Origin: Octopus vulgaris
Taxonomy: Eukaryota
Assembly (NCBI GenBank): GCA_951406725.2
Contig: OX597814.1
Location: 124,558,001-124,622,000, forward strand
Length of the DNA stretch: 64,000 bases
Reading direction: 5' to 3'
The notes below the pieces were generated by a model. The model ran no database searches. It was given only the letters and a program-made list of their open reading frames with translations, and was not told the DNA's origin. Below, one piece after another: positions 1 to 12,520 of the stretch (position 1 is the stretch's first letter; every line of letters begins with the position of its first letter). The position numbers and the translations under genes are program-made.

Positions 1-296
1 ATATGCACGCATAACCAACTTTTATCTTTTTACATATTTCAATTCACGATTACATCACTGTACATAAATCCCCTCACTAAACAAGGTTTTCAAAATTTGT
101 TTTTGTCTGTATATATATATATTCCTCTCCCATCACTGAAAGCTGAACAGTTATCTCCCTTACCCACAACAATAACGATAACCAACTACCTCCCCTTATT
201 TATCTACTTGTGGAGTCATTCACTCGTAAATATCGCACACAACAAGGACAAAATTTCTTCTTAAGAAAAAATACATATTCAAATAAGTAAAACATA

Positions 297-331
297 ATAT
301 CATGAATAGCGATAGCGAAACCGGTCGATAT
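297..331 (+). ncRNA. Minimal type I hammerhead ribozyme motif, A3-U8 core variant
   Basis: Stem I ATATC(297-301)/GATAT(327-331); core ATGAATA(302-308); stem II GC-gata-GC; GAAA(317-320); palindromic stem III ACCGGT; GUC triplet with predicted cut after 326. A (TA)n tract starts ~55 nt downstream. Confidence 0.65.
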
Positions 332-387
332 ACCAAAAATTATATTAAAACTATGTAAATGTGCGTATTTTCCTCTTTAATTTCATT

Positions 388-406
388 TATATATATATAT
401 TATATC

Positions 407-483
<77 letters not shown>

Positions 484-524
484 GTATGCATATATATATA
501 TATACTTTATTTATATATATATAT
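388..524. repeat. (TA)n microsatellite
   Basis: Direct reading; one of dozens of such tracts (e.g. 5760-5950, 8288-8450, 11443-11568, 24735-24970). Confidence 0.98.
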
Positions 525-941
525 AGTTGCGACGTCACTGGTGCCATATCCCTTCGATAACACTGGTGGCGTGGAGAGGAGGCTGGTACACACACACAAC
601 ACCCGGACTTGTATCTAGGAATATATATATATATATATTATATATATATATATAAATATTGATGTTTGTTTCTATGTTCAGTTACATACATTCATGTATA
701 AGAATTATATTTATGCGTGTGTGATATACGTATAAATATACCTGTCTTTGCACTTGTGTTTGTCCCCTTCGCCACTCGACAACCAGAGTTGGTTTGTTTC
801 CGTCCCTGCAATCTACCGTTCGACTACATTTTTTAAGGCTGTACCTCAGTATGGTTGCAGTTCAGTAACTGCTGGAACAAACAAAACATGTGCGGGGTAA
901 CTAAAGTCATTGACTTCAGGCGGCTTTTGTATGTATGAATG

Positions 942-1859
942 TCATTATTCAGTTTTATTTCAAGATTTCTTGCGAATAGAGAAAAAGCCGGTTTCTAACC
1001 TAGATCCAAGTCTCTTTCATTGGAATTTCAACATCATCAACAGGGTATTTTTACATGTATGTATGTATGTATGTATGTATGTATGTATGTATGTATGTAT
1101 GTATGTATGTATGTATGTATGTATGTATGGATGGATGGATGGATGGATGCACGCATGCATGTATGTATGCATGTAAGTGTGTATGTATGTGCTTGTATTT
1201 GTATATATATGTGTGTATGTGTGTGCATGCACATACGTATGCATTTGTATATAGATGTGAACGGTACAAACGAAAATTTACAGTTATGTTCCAAGAGCAG
1301 GAGAGTTCCATTTTATTTCACCATAAATGTTCTCCTTTTTGTGAGTCATTCACCTCCGCTGGACAGCTGATCCCTACAACTGTGCATGACTTTTGATCCC
1401 TGTTCCACTCAACTATATCAGGTCTGCTGTGTTTGCACAGAATTTCTGTTATTATTTGAGCGTTCCAGCCGTATTTCTAATTTTTAAGGTGTGATTATAT
1501 TCTGGTTCTGATATGCATTTGATGTATATATCCATCAGGGCAATCCTTCTTGCTGATAGCGTTGTAAATATTCTTTGCAACTAACTATACCATGCTTCAG
1601 GGGTAGGTCGCATCTCGTTGACATTTGGGGGCATCTGCTGATGATGTGGGTAATATGTTCCACACTGGTATAATATAGCCAACATTCTCTATCACAGCAC
1701 GCAGGCATGGTAGTATGTTTGTCTGCCTTGTTTACCAGGTATTTAATTGATGTTTCCTGTTCCAGGATAGAAAAGGTATATCTTTTCAGGTGGAATACAA
1801 TGTATCAATCACAACTTCAAGATAGGCTTCTCTTCTTGTCAAAGCTGCTGTAATCCTGT
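942..1859 (-). mobile_element. 5'-truncated R4/Dong-like non-LTR retrotransposon (CCHC knuckle, RLE endonuclease, 3' UTR with internal (CATA)n, ~110-bp terminal segment)
   Basis: Minus translation with frameshifts gives CDRECWLYYTSVEHITHIISRC and KHSRPDIVEWNRDQKSCTVVGISCP. Terminal segment 942-1052 is shared with 25822-25922 and 26157-26263. Flanked by (TATG)n. Confidence 0.8.
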
Positions 1860-2362
1860 TATGTACGTATGTATTCAGGTATGTATGTATGTACGTATGT
1901 ATCTATGTATATATGTATGTATATATGTACGTACGTACGTATGTGTGTAGGTATGTGTGTATGTGTGTATGTATGTATGTATGTATGTATGTATGTATGT
2001 ATGTATGTATGTATGTATGTATGTATGTGTGTGTGCATGTATGTATGTATGTATGCAGGCATGTATGTATGTACGTATATATGTATGTATGTATCTATGT
2101 ATATATGTATGTATATATGTATGTACGTACGTATGTGTGTAGGTATGTGTGTATGTATGTTAGTATGTATGTATGTGTGCATGTATGTATATATGTATGT
2201 ACGTACGGATGTGTGTATGTATGTGTGTATGTGTGTATGTATGTATGTACGTATGTATGTATGTATGTATGTATGTATGTATGTATGTATGTATGTATGT
2301 ATGTATGTATGTATGTATGTGTGCAATTATGTATGTATGTTTGTATGCATGCATGTATGTAT
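1860..2362. repeat. Degenerate (TATG)n microsatellite with internal higher-order duplication
   Basis: Direct reading. Confidence 0.95.
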
Positions 2363-2595
2363 GGATTAATGTACAAAGAGTTACAATGGAAATAGGATAT
2401 TGCTCTATTAGGCTAAAAATGAAATTTTGTATTACATCTTAAAGTTTGGGGAATAGTGTGTGTACTAACTAGATAATGGAAAGATAATGGAAAAAATATT
2501 CGGTTGCAAGTATTTTCAATAATAACTCGTGACGCTTGTAACTCCAAATAACAACAGTCACAACAATAACAACAACAATAATAATGAGGATAACT

Positions 2596-2649
<54 letters not shown>

Positions 2650-2699
2650 ATTGTTACGAGCTCTAATATCAATTTTATTTGTTCATTTATGTAACTAGT

Positions 2700-3090
2700 A
2701 TTACATTATTATTAATATACAAATATAAGCTTTTCTGTGGATTCCATATTAAAATAACTGATATTATCTTCCTGAATCCCGTTATATTTTAGTTTTACTT
2801 TTAGCCATTATCAATTATTACTAGAACTTTCTGAAAAATTTACACATATCAGAGATTTTGCAAGTTTAATTATTTAATGGTGCCGGTATAGTATGTGATC
2901 TGCAGCAACTTAAATCTAGACTAGCTTGTGATCTTCATTCAAAATTTTATCATAAATTTGCAGTTATAATTAGAGGAGTGAGTTAAATAAGGCTTTCATA
3001 GCGTCGGAGAAATTCTGTTGCAGATTCTTCATCTTGAATAACCTGTGTGTAAAATTCTTTTGCTGTCATCACGCCTTCTTTCAATAGGCT
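2700..3090 (-). mobile_element. Possible Merlin/ISXO2-like transposase relic
   Basis: Minus translation MTAKEFYTQVIQDEESATEFLRRY resembles Merlin N-termini; downstream sequence is heavily decayed. Confidence 0.3.
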
Positions 3091-3304
3091 CAGGTCTAAA
3101 AATGTTTAAATCATAAAAGTTTTTTTGGTTTATATACCAAACCGACCGGAAGTCGATTAAATAGATGAATTTTAAATGTAGTTCAAAAAGTCTGTGTAGA
3201 TCACAAACTATACCATTTAAATTAATGTCGCTCACAAGCTATACCAGAAACATGTATGTAAATCACATATTACACCGGCACCCATTTAATTTTACTTTTA
3301 TCTG

Positions 3305-3454
3305 TGTTGTGTGGACGCCCCCAGACGACGAAGTAGGCTAGCCCAATACGTAGATATAACGGGAGAAGTCTAGACGTCAGAGGAGAGTAGAATAGAGAGT
3401 GTCAAGTTGAGTAGTAGAGGCATCCGAATGTGCGACAAAACAGTGGCGACGAGG
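3305..3454 (+). mobile_element. Short LTR with primer-binding site (Ty3/gypsy-like)
   Basis: Starts TGTTGT (3305), ends AAAACA (3442); TGGCGACGAGG at 3444-3454 is a typical gypsy PBS. Confidence 0.5.
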
Positions 3455-4125
3455 ATGAGGTTTTTACACAGCCACTGTGTAGTATTGCAACATAACAATG
3501 TTAAAATATGACTTTTCAAATATCACAGAGATCGACTTTGCTTGTCGCTCTTTCGTGGGCGATAAAATGACTAATAGCTGAGAACTGGAACTGATGTAAT
3601 CGATTTCCCATCTCCTCGAAAAATTGCTGACTTTGTACCGAAAGTTAGGAAGAATTATTACAGGCCTATCAAACACCGTGTTCAACCGCCTCCAGATACA
3701 TTACGATCAAACCTATCTTCCACATTAGTCTTCATCTTGTTGTCTTTCATCTCTCAATATGCTTTAACTATGTTAACTTTAGTGAAATCTTCGCTTATCA
3801 ATATTTTTTGTTATATCATTTTCTACGGTCTAGCCAATAAATTCGGATTCTCTTTAGAATCTTCCTTTTAGAAATGACAAATCTTCATTTCAGTAATGTT
3901 TGAGCAAAACAGCTTTGAAGTTACTTTCACATTTTTAACAAAAGTTATATTGCATTGAGGTTTTCTAATTTAATGGATTTGTTTTTTATTGAAATATTAA
4001 AAAAATTTTATAGTATTACGTCTTTTTGAACAAGAATACTATTGACAGTGGCTTCGATTCGGCTATTTAAGCCATTGTCGGACAATACACACATGTATAG
4101 GTATGTTTGCGTACTTATATATTGT

Positions 4126-4709
4126 TATTTCTTTATTGCTCACAAGGGGCTAAACATAGAGGGGACAAACAAGGACAGACAAAGGGATTAAGTCGATTAC
4201 ACCGACCCCAGTGCGTAACTGGTACTTAATTTATCGACCCCCATAAGGATGAAAGGCAAAGTCGACCTCGGCGGAATTTGAACTCAGAACGTAACGGCAG
4301 ACGAAATACCTATTTCTTTACTACCCACAAGGGGCTAAACATAGAGTGGACAAACAAGGACAGACAAACGGATTAAGTCAATTACATCGACCCCAGTGCG
4401 TAACTGGTACTTAATTTATCGACCCCGAAAAGATGAAAGGCAAAGTCGACCTCGGTGGAATTTGAACTCAGAACATAGCGGCAGACGAAATACCTATTTC
4501 TTTACTACCCACAAGGGGATAAACACAGAGAGGACAAACAAGGACAGACACACGGAATAAAGTCGATTATATCGACCCCAGTGCGTAACTGGTACTTATT
4601 TAATCGACCCCGAAAGGTTTAAAGGCAATTTGAACTCAGAACGTAGCGGCAGACGAAATACCGCTCAGCATTTCGCCCGGCGTGCTAACGTTTCTGCCAG
4701 CTCGCCGCC
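4126..4709 (-). mobile_element. tRNA-derived SINE family C, tandem trimer with 11-bp TSD
   Basis: One head (GGCGGCGAGCTGGCAGAAACGTTAGC) followed by three ~185-bp bodies with junctions at 4309/4310 and 4493/4494. B-box GAGTTCAAATTC; Nin/Deu-like core CCTTTCATCCTTTCGGGGTCGATAAA. ATATATTGTTA at 4117-4127 and 4713-4723. Confidence 0.9.
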
Positions 4710-4861
4710 TTAATATATTGTTAGTCTTCTGTGTACATAAAGATGTGCGATTGTTGCTGGTGTGTTTAGAGCTCCATCTAGATTATCATCGTCCTGTTTG
4801 CTTCCAGTATAGTAGTTTAGCTACTACTATTCTTAGTCGTATTACTTGTTATGACATACAG

Positions 4862-5115
4862 GGCAAATGTTGAAGAAATAAAGGTAAACATAGATTTGTC
4901 CGTATGTACTTTTCAACCTTCGTGGTATATTGGAATTTGCATTGAACGTTCCCTTTGCAATGACGGCCTTACCACATCGGATCATCAGGGGACACTTTAT
5001 TGCATTGTTTGTGCCCCGATGTTTGTTCCCCGATGATCCGTTGTGGTTAAGCATCCAGTTGCAATTGAAATATCCAATGCTGAGTTCCCAAACGATCACA
5101 ATGCTGAAATGTACG
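4862..5115 (+). pseudogene. Possible decayed OATP/SLCO exon upstream of 6074-6330
   Basis: Non-repetitive block with acceptor ATACAG and donor GTAAGA; Cys-rich segment (LCNDGLT) and an ending ITMLKC resembling the OATP LRC boundary; needs frameshifts. Confidence 0.3.
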
Positions 5116-5210
5116 TAAGAGCAAAATATATAAACGGATATTTATAGTAATCTCTACTTTACACATGCATTCACACTTACATATACACGTGTTGACACAT
5201 ACATATATAC

Positions 5211-5266
<56 letters not shown>

Positions 5267-5759
5267 GTATATATATATACACACACATGCATATATGTGC
5301 GTGTATATATAGATAGATAGATAAATATATCAGTGTGTATGTGTACATGCGCATGCGTGTGTAAGAATGTATGCATGCATGCATGCATGCATGGAACTGT
5401 TTGATTACGAAATGCTATGTTTCGCTCTTTTGATCGTATCAAACGAATGTTAAATTAGAAAAAGTTAAAGAACGTATAGTTTATATATCTTTCCGCGGAG
5501 AAGTTCTCAAAGGAAAAGTTTGAGGTCAGATAAAGGGGAAAAAATAAAAAAGAAAAGTGATAAGTAAGTTTTTAACTAGAAAAACCCGTTGAATTTCGTC
5601 GGTTATTTTGAAAAAGAAAATGTAAGAATTTTCTGTAAAATAAGTGAAATACAGAATTTCTTTTGAAGTATTTGATTTTTGGGTTAGTACAAAATCCATA
5701 TAATTAGTATTTAGTGACGACACATACACACATATATATATTTATGTATATAAATATGA

Positions 5760-5914
<155 letters not shown>

Positions 5915-5918
5915 TATG

Positions 5919-5952
<34 letters not shown>

Positions 5953-6073
5953 CACCCACCCATATATGCATATGTTTATAGATGTATGTATGCATGTATG
6001 TATGTATGTATGTATGTATGTATGTATGTATGTATGTATGTATGTATGTATGCGTGCGCGTGTTTCTGTGTAG

Positions 6074-6330
6074 AGAAATTTCGATAAGCAGAAGTTTATA
6101 TCAAACTTACGCGATTGCGAGAACACTTGTGAAACCATACAGTGTATGTTGCTGTGTAGTTATCACCCCTTTTACCCGGGAACTCTTATATATTATTTTT
6201 ATGTTCACCTCAATTATGGAACCAAATCTTAGACATGTTCTATCTATGATAGTAATCGACTGCAGTACGACTATGCTGGTAAAGATTTTACTATTCTGGA
6301 TCCACTAAACAACATTCTTATTTTCATATA
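6074..6330 (+). pseudogene. Decayed C-terminal exon of an organic anion transporting polypeptide (OATP/SLCO)-like gene
   Basis: DKQKF...PFYPGTLIYYFYVH...*TCSIYDSNRLQYDYAG matches the spacing of the OATP motifs PxxxGxLIDxxC and CxxYDxxxxxxxYxG. D->Y and C->Y are single-base changes; in-frame stop present. Confidence 0.55.
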
Positions 6331-6464
6331 ACGACGAATCCACAGTCCCAGTCAATAAACTACAGTAACTGCCTCACTGAGCAGTGGGTGTTTAAATATA
6401 TACATAAATACAATGAATATTCAAATAAATAGGTAAATACGTAATACATATGTACATGTTCTTA

Positions 6465-6625
6465 GGCACAGGAGTGGCTGTGTGGTAAGCAGCTTGCTTA
6501 CCAGCCACATGGTTCCGGGTTCAGCCCCACTGCGTGGCACCTTGGGCAAGTGTCTTCTACGATAGACTTGGTCCGACCAAATCCTTGTGAGTGGATTTGG
6601 TAGACGAAAACTGAAAGAAGTCCGT

Positions 6626-6692
<67 letters not shown>

Positions 6693-6900
6693 ATGTTTGT
6701 GTGTCTGTGTTAGTCTCCCCAAACATCACTTGAAAACCGATGATGGTGTGTTTATGTCCCCGTAACTTGGCGATTCGGCAAAAGAGACCGATAGAATAAA
6801 TACTAGGCTTCCAAAGAATAAGTCCTGGGATCGATTTGCTCGACTAAAGGCGGTGCTCCAGCATAGCCGCAGTCAAATGACTGAAGCAAGTAAAAGAGTA
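6465..6900 (+). mobile_element. tRNA-derived SINE family A (internal TA/TG microsatellite), full length
   Basis: A-box TGGCTGTGTGG, B-box GGTTCAGCCC, CORE-like ACCTTGGGCAAGT, CR1-like tail, AAGAGTA end; many copies in the window. Confidence 0.92.
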
Positions 6901-7018
6901 TGTATAAACGGATAATGGATTAGTAAAACTGTATAATATTTACGGAGTATGGCCAACATTTGCTTCCGCTGAAAAGTACATATTTGGTTTCCCAACAAAA
7001 TATAATGTATAAAATTAA

Positions 7019-7049
<31 letters not shown>

Positions 7050-7512
7050 ATAAACAATAGTAATAACAACACCAACGATAATAATAAGGATTATCTCTAT
7101 CCCGTGGGAAGAACCTCGTGATTTAATGTAGATTTAATAATCTAGTGTTACCTGCTGCTGTATCTATACAACTTTAGATTAAACTGTGATAGCAGTTGCT
7201 AACTCTTTTAAACCACCTCTGGTTTTGTCTTTCTACATCCACTTAACTCCCTTGACATGTCCCTCTTTAGGTTTATCGTCTAGATTCTAGACGATTCTAG
7301 ACACTAGAATCACATATTACCTTAATAATATGTCTGTATGTATGTATGTATGTATGTATGTATGTATGTATGTATGTATGTATGTATGTATGTATGTATG
7401 TATGCATGCATGTATGTATGTATCTATGTATGTATATATGTATATATGTATGTATGAATGTATGTATGTATGTATGTATGTAGGTATGTATGTATGTATG
7501 TATCTATCTATC

Positions 7513-7557
<45 letters not shown>

Positions 7558-8283
7558 ACTCCACCTTTAAACTTCTCTGCATCAAGCTCTGAAGGGTAAG
7601 CATTTTTTCTACCCTGATGATACTGGCTCGATACATCCATTGTTTTATTTATTTGATTCCATTACTGGCTGCCTATTTTGGTGAACTACATCTACCAGCA
7701 TTTTGATAGATCTCTGAGCATCCAGTAACAGCTGCTGTATATTTATTCTTAAATATTCATCGTCTTGAAATCTTCAGTCTTTGCTCTCTTTCTGCTTTTA
7801 TTTATACATCCATCCATCCATCAATCCATCCATCCATCCATCCATCCATCCATCCATCCATCCATCCATCCATCCATCCATACATACATACATACATACA
7901 TACATGTGCGCTTGCGTGAGTGCGCGTAGACAGACATACACATAGACACACTCGCACACACATCTAAATCAACGAAGACGGCTATACGCAATATAAAACG
8001 AAAAAGTAAATTATAAAATAACGAAGCCAAACCATCCAGTGATTGAGTAGTCCCTACTGATGTGTTTGTAATTTTCAAACAAGACCTCGCACCTTGTAGG
8101 TCGCTTATCTCCTCTACTACTGTATAAAAATGTGCTTCATTGTGTGGATCGAGGGCTTATAAAACTCTCATTTCGAGCAATGTTGATGCTGCCCTGCACC
8201 GTCTCTCAAAATTAGAGACAATCGAATCTTTCTTTTTTCTTTTATATTGCGTATAGCCGTCTGCCTTATTTTATAATTTTCTT

Positions 8284-8454
<171 letters not shown>

Positions 8455-9137
8455 AATTACAGAATATCAATTCCAGTGCCACAGGAAAGAGACATTCAAA
8501 TTAAAAATATTAAGTTGAATTACTCTCAATAATTAATTCATATATATCAAGATATTGTAAGAGATAGGAATACCTACAACTTCATCAACTGCAAACGATA
8601 TTAACTCAACCAAGCCATAAAATGTTCAATAATATACTTACTATTTATATTCATAATCCCCAAAATGTTCATATTACGGACTACACGTGTTTCATGATGG
8701 TACGTGTGGTATTGTTAAGACACAAAATGTCATTCCAAAACTCATTATGTTTACAAGCATAGTGATATATAAGGAGTAGTTATATTTATAAATGTGGGGA
8801 AAGTAGACTCGACGATTGGGAGTGCGACCCGATTCCTCATAGCCGAAACAGCTGTAAGGTAATGAAGGTGATTATATAATTCCCGTTCTTTGCCGTTCAT
8901 GTATCAGTATTACGCTCTGGTTCATATCAGAATGTGAGCTGACACCTCCGCGCCGCTGGAGCTTCGTAATACTGTTCACCATAAATATAAGCACGCTGAG
9001 TTCTAACAACGGACAACGACACCACTTTGGCAAAACAGAATTAAATACACACACACACACACATACACACACACAAGCGTGTGTATGTATGTATGTATAT
9101 ATAGATATACATATATATGTGTGTGTGTGTGTGTGTG

Positions 9138-9183
<46 letters not shown>

Positions 9184-9402
9184 TATATTGATTATACACA
9201 CACACGCACATCACTTAATTTTAAATATTTATTTATCAATCAATTGTTGTATGAATAACATAGATATAAGGTATACAACCAATTATGTTTTTAATTTCGT
9301 TCTGTAGGTCGTAGCAGAATAATATTATAGATAAGGATGTTTTCTCTCTCGTTATATTAAAGTTCCAGCGTGTTTCATTTCAAAAAGATAAAGATGCAAA
9401 TG

Positions 9403-9478
9403 AAAGAAGAAGAAGAAGAAGAAGAAGAAGAAGAAGAAGAAGAAGAAGAAGAAGAAGAAGAAGAAGAAGAAGAAGAAG
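9403..9478. repeat. (GAA)n microsatellite
   Basis: Direct reading. Confidence 0.98.
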
Positions 9479-9740
9479 ATGATGATGTTGATGATGGAGA
9501 TTACTTTTAAATAAAGCGAGAACCTCGTGAGAAAGAGAAATAACAGAGTTGAGTCAGAATTAACGCTATTTAGATATATAATCCTTTGTACTATGGACAA
9601 ATGGCTTGAAATTTGTGGTGAGTGAGAGGACAATTACGCTGACCACAGTCTTCGACTGGTACTTATTTCATCAACCGTGAAAGGATGAAAGGCAAAATTA
9701 ACCTCGGCGATATTAGAATATATGATGAATTCTTTTAGTC

Positions 9741-10153
9741 ACTCTTTTACTCTTTTACTTGTTTTAGTCATTTGACTGCGGCCATGCTGGAGCACCACCT
9801 TTAGTCGAGCAAATCGACCCCAGGACTTATTCTTTGTAAGCCTGATACTTATTCTGTCGGACTCTTTTGCTGAACCGCTAAGTTACGGGGACGTAAACAC
9901 ACCAGCATCGGTTGTCAAGCGATGTTGGGGGACAAATACACACATACAAACACACACACACATATACATATATATACATATACATATATACGACGGGCTT
10001 CTTTCAGTTTCCGTCTACCAAATCCACTCACAAGGATTTGGTCGGCCCGAGGCTATAGTAGAAGACACTTGCCCAAGGTGCCACGCAGTGGTACTGAACC
10101 CGGAACCATGTGGCTGGTAAGCAAGCTACTTACTACACAGCCACTCCTGCGCC
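9741..10153 (-). mobile_element. SINE family A, full length
   Basis: Reverse complement aligns with 6465-6900. Confidence 0.92.
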
Positions 10154-10325
10154 TAGTTGATGAAAAAAAAAAAAGAATCTGAAAAGAAAGAGAAAAGCTA
10201 AATAGGGAAAAGGAGGGAAGGAGGGAGAAAGAGAGAGGGAGATAGTGAGAAAATGAAAGAGAGAGAGAAGCTCAGTTATGTATCAATCTAAACTGGTGCC
10301 CTAGTTTAAAACTAAGCATCTAGCT

Positions 10326-10750
10326 TGTAGTGAGATCTAGAATCGGAATCGTACATTTTCAGTTACCAGTTAAAACTACGTTAAGGTAGGATGACGTACA
10401 TTTATAATCGACTAATCAACCAAGATAAACATCATACCATACAGCAGTTTTTCATAGTATTAAAGCGAGGGCCCACTAAGATCAACCGCAGAGGTTGAGG
10501 GAGCTACCGGAGAATATATATCCTCAACTCTCGCGAAAATCAAGCCAGAGAGCAGACCAGTATAACAGAAGCAACTAGTCCTTACAAGGCTGAATTTTCC
10601 TTTGCGGAATTTCAGCCCGGACTATAAAGGACTTCTTGAATAATGACGAACTAACTTCGTTTCTGCCTCTCAGGCAAAGCTAATCTCTTCTGACCATCAT
10701 TAAAGCACAGCTAAGTTCAAATTTTGTTGCCTATATACACTACTGGCGAC
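10326..10750 (+). mobile_element. Probable LTR with PBS remnant
   Basis: Starts TGTAGTG, ends CACTAC (10738-10743), followed by TGGCGAC; ATTAAA near the 3' end. Confidence 0.45.
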
Positions 10751-10964
10751 TATCATAAAATCTTTCGACTGTAATGTAAATACTGTAATTGCCTAAATAA
10801 CAAATAAATTTATCTCAGCTACGAGCTCGTTTGGTTTCTAACATCAACTTAATATCTCATACACTAAACCTAAAAACGTAAATACTTTCTCGCTAATATG
10901 GTTATGCGATTGTATGCATACACGTTGGCATTTACACTAATTACAATAAATGCTCGATGGTATT

Positions 10965-11085
10965 TACGTTCTGAGTTCAAATTCCGCCGAGGTCAACTTT
11001 GCCTTTCATCCTTTCGAGGTCGATAAATTAAGTACCAGTTACGTACTAGGATCAATCTAATCGACTGACTCCCTCTCCAAAAATT
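10965..11085 (+). mobile_element. SINE family C fragment
   Basis: TTCTGAGTTCAAATTCCGCCGAGGTCAACTTTGCCTTTCATCC. Confidence 0.85.
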
Positions 11086-11175
11086 TGTTGTTATAATACT
11101 AATAATAATAATAACAACAACAATAATGTCGAAAAATACCTTAGGAATGAGAACCCGGGTTCGAAATTTCCCCAA

Positions 11176-11221
11176 GACACCTGATGAAGGCTGGAGGGTA
11201 TATCAGCCGAAACGTTGTGTT
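11176..11221 (+). ncRNA. Minimal type I hammerhead ribozyme motif, canonical core
   Basis: Stem I GACAC/GTGTT; CTGATGA(11181-11187); extra A; stem II GGCTG/CAGCC; GAAA(11209-11212); palindromic stem III ACGT; GUU triplet with predicted cut after 11216. Confidence 0.8.
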
Positions 11222-11311
11222 AACAACAAAGAAGATGAGGACAAATATCCGTTAAATGTAAATAATGTACATAATTCATCATCTCTTAAATATAAAACTT
11301 TAGAGTCAAAA

Positions 11312-11348
11312 CTATTGATAATGTTGCAAGACGCAACGAAAATTTTAG
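11312..11348 (+). ncRNA. Minimal type I hammerhead motif, U3-A8 core variant
   Basis: Stem I CTA/TAG; core TTGATAA; extra T; stem II GTTGC/GCAAC; GAAA; palindrome AATT; UUU triplet. The host element (11305-11440) recurs at 46571-46706 on minus. Confidence 0.65.
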
Positions 11349-11436
11349 AAAAATAAAAAAGAAATAAGTGGAAATTTTACCGGTGAGTGCGTTAAATTGT
11401 GAGGCACTAAAAGAGAATGACTCTCCCCAGACACAA

Positions 11437-11572
<136 letters not shown>

Positions 11573-11662
11573 TTATATAAATAAGATCGTTAATTTAAAT
11601 ATCGATCTTATCAAGTGGCCATCATGGGAATAAAAAACTTCAAAGATAATAATTATTATTAA

Positions 11663-11848
11663 AATTATAATTTAGGGTATCTAAGAGATACCGCCACACT
11701 GGAAATAGCAGCCAAAACTTAACTCCAAAACCACATTAAATGTTCATGCATTTAATGTGCTGTATGAACATTTAATGTGGTTTTAGAGTCAAGTTTTGGC
11801 TGCTATTTCCAGCGTGGTGCTATCTCTTAGATACCCTAAATTCTAATT
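11663..11848. repeat. Fold-back inverted repeat with ~85-bp arms
   Basis: AATTATAATTTAGGGTATCTAAGAGATA...TGTTCAT pairs with ATGAACA...TATCTCTTAGATACCCTAAATTCTAATT; ~16-nt spacer; (TA)n tracts nearby on both sides. Confidence 0.9.
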
Positions 11849-11851
11849 CTA

Positions 11852-11891
<40 letters not shown>

Positions 11892-12139
11892 TACGTACTT
11901 ACCTATATACGCGCGTGGATGATTATCCTCGTATGTTAGCGTCTAAATTAAATTTGTTTTGCTTACGTTTCCTGTAAATAGTTGTTCAACAAATAAAGAT
12001 CGATCAGACTTAACAATAAGTATTGCGTTCGATATGATTGACTAAAGCCCTTCAAAACTTTGCCCCAGTATGACCCTGCACTTCAATAACTGAAACAAGG
12101 AAAATTGAAAAAGAGATTTAAATGATTTTTATTTGTTCT

Positions 12140-12520
12140 TTTGTCGCGGTGAAGTTCCTCTGTGCTCTATTGACCCGGAGAGCTATACTAGAGGGAGAGA
12201 AATATTCAAGCAGGTCTTACCAGGCCAGACAGGTCAAAGGGTAGGAGACAGGCAAAACCTTAATGGCAATAAATCGAAGCGTTGGCAACAGGGCGTGGAT
12301 TTAGTTATCGGTAGGACCTAACAGATCAGAATCCTAGCTTTGAACTAGCAGGATGTCATGCAGGGGATGTTGAATATAAGACAATGGATGGGACCCTAAT
12401 ATTTCTAGTTAGATGGAATCTGTGGGACCACATGGAGCAGCGCCTTGTGACTCCTACTGTATGCGCAACCGAAACCCCTATGAATAGGGGCGTCCTATGG
12501 GATGACCTAGATCAAGATGA
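12140..12520 (+). mobile_element. Possible RTE-type LINE 5' fragment
   Basis: GACCCGGAGAGCTATAC...CAGACAGGTCAAAGGGTAGGAG resembles RTE 5' regions; GC-richer than flanks. Confidence 0.3.

Noticed and set aside
942-1052. Hammerhead reading of the ~110-bp LINE terminus (hairpin plus GAAACCGG)
   Set aside because: No valid core or stem I in any of three copies; better explained as a LINE 3' stem-loop
5047-5103. Minus-strand terminal exon HCDRLGTQHWIFQLQLDA* resembling a ricin-B/GALNT QxW C-terminus
   Set aside because: Only 18 aa; no other GALNT exons were found, and the region has competing interpretations
6465-6530. tRNA genes at SINE heads
   Set aside because: A/B boxes are present but there is no complete cloverleaf, and they continue into SINE bodies
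7611-7640. CTGATGA...GATAC as a hammerhead
   Set aside because: No stem I or stem II pairing, and GAAA is absent
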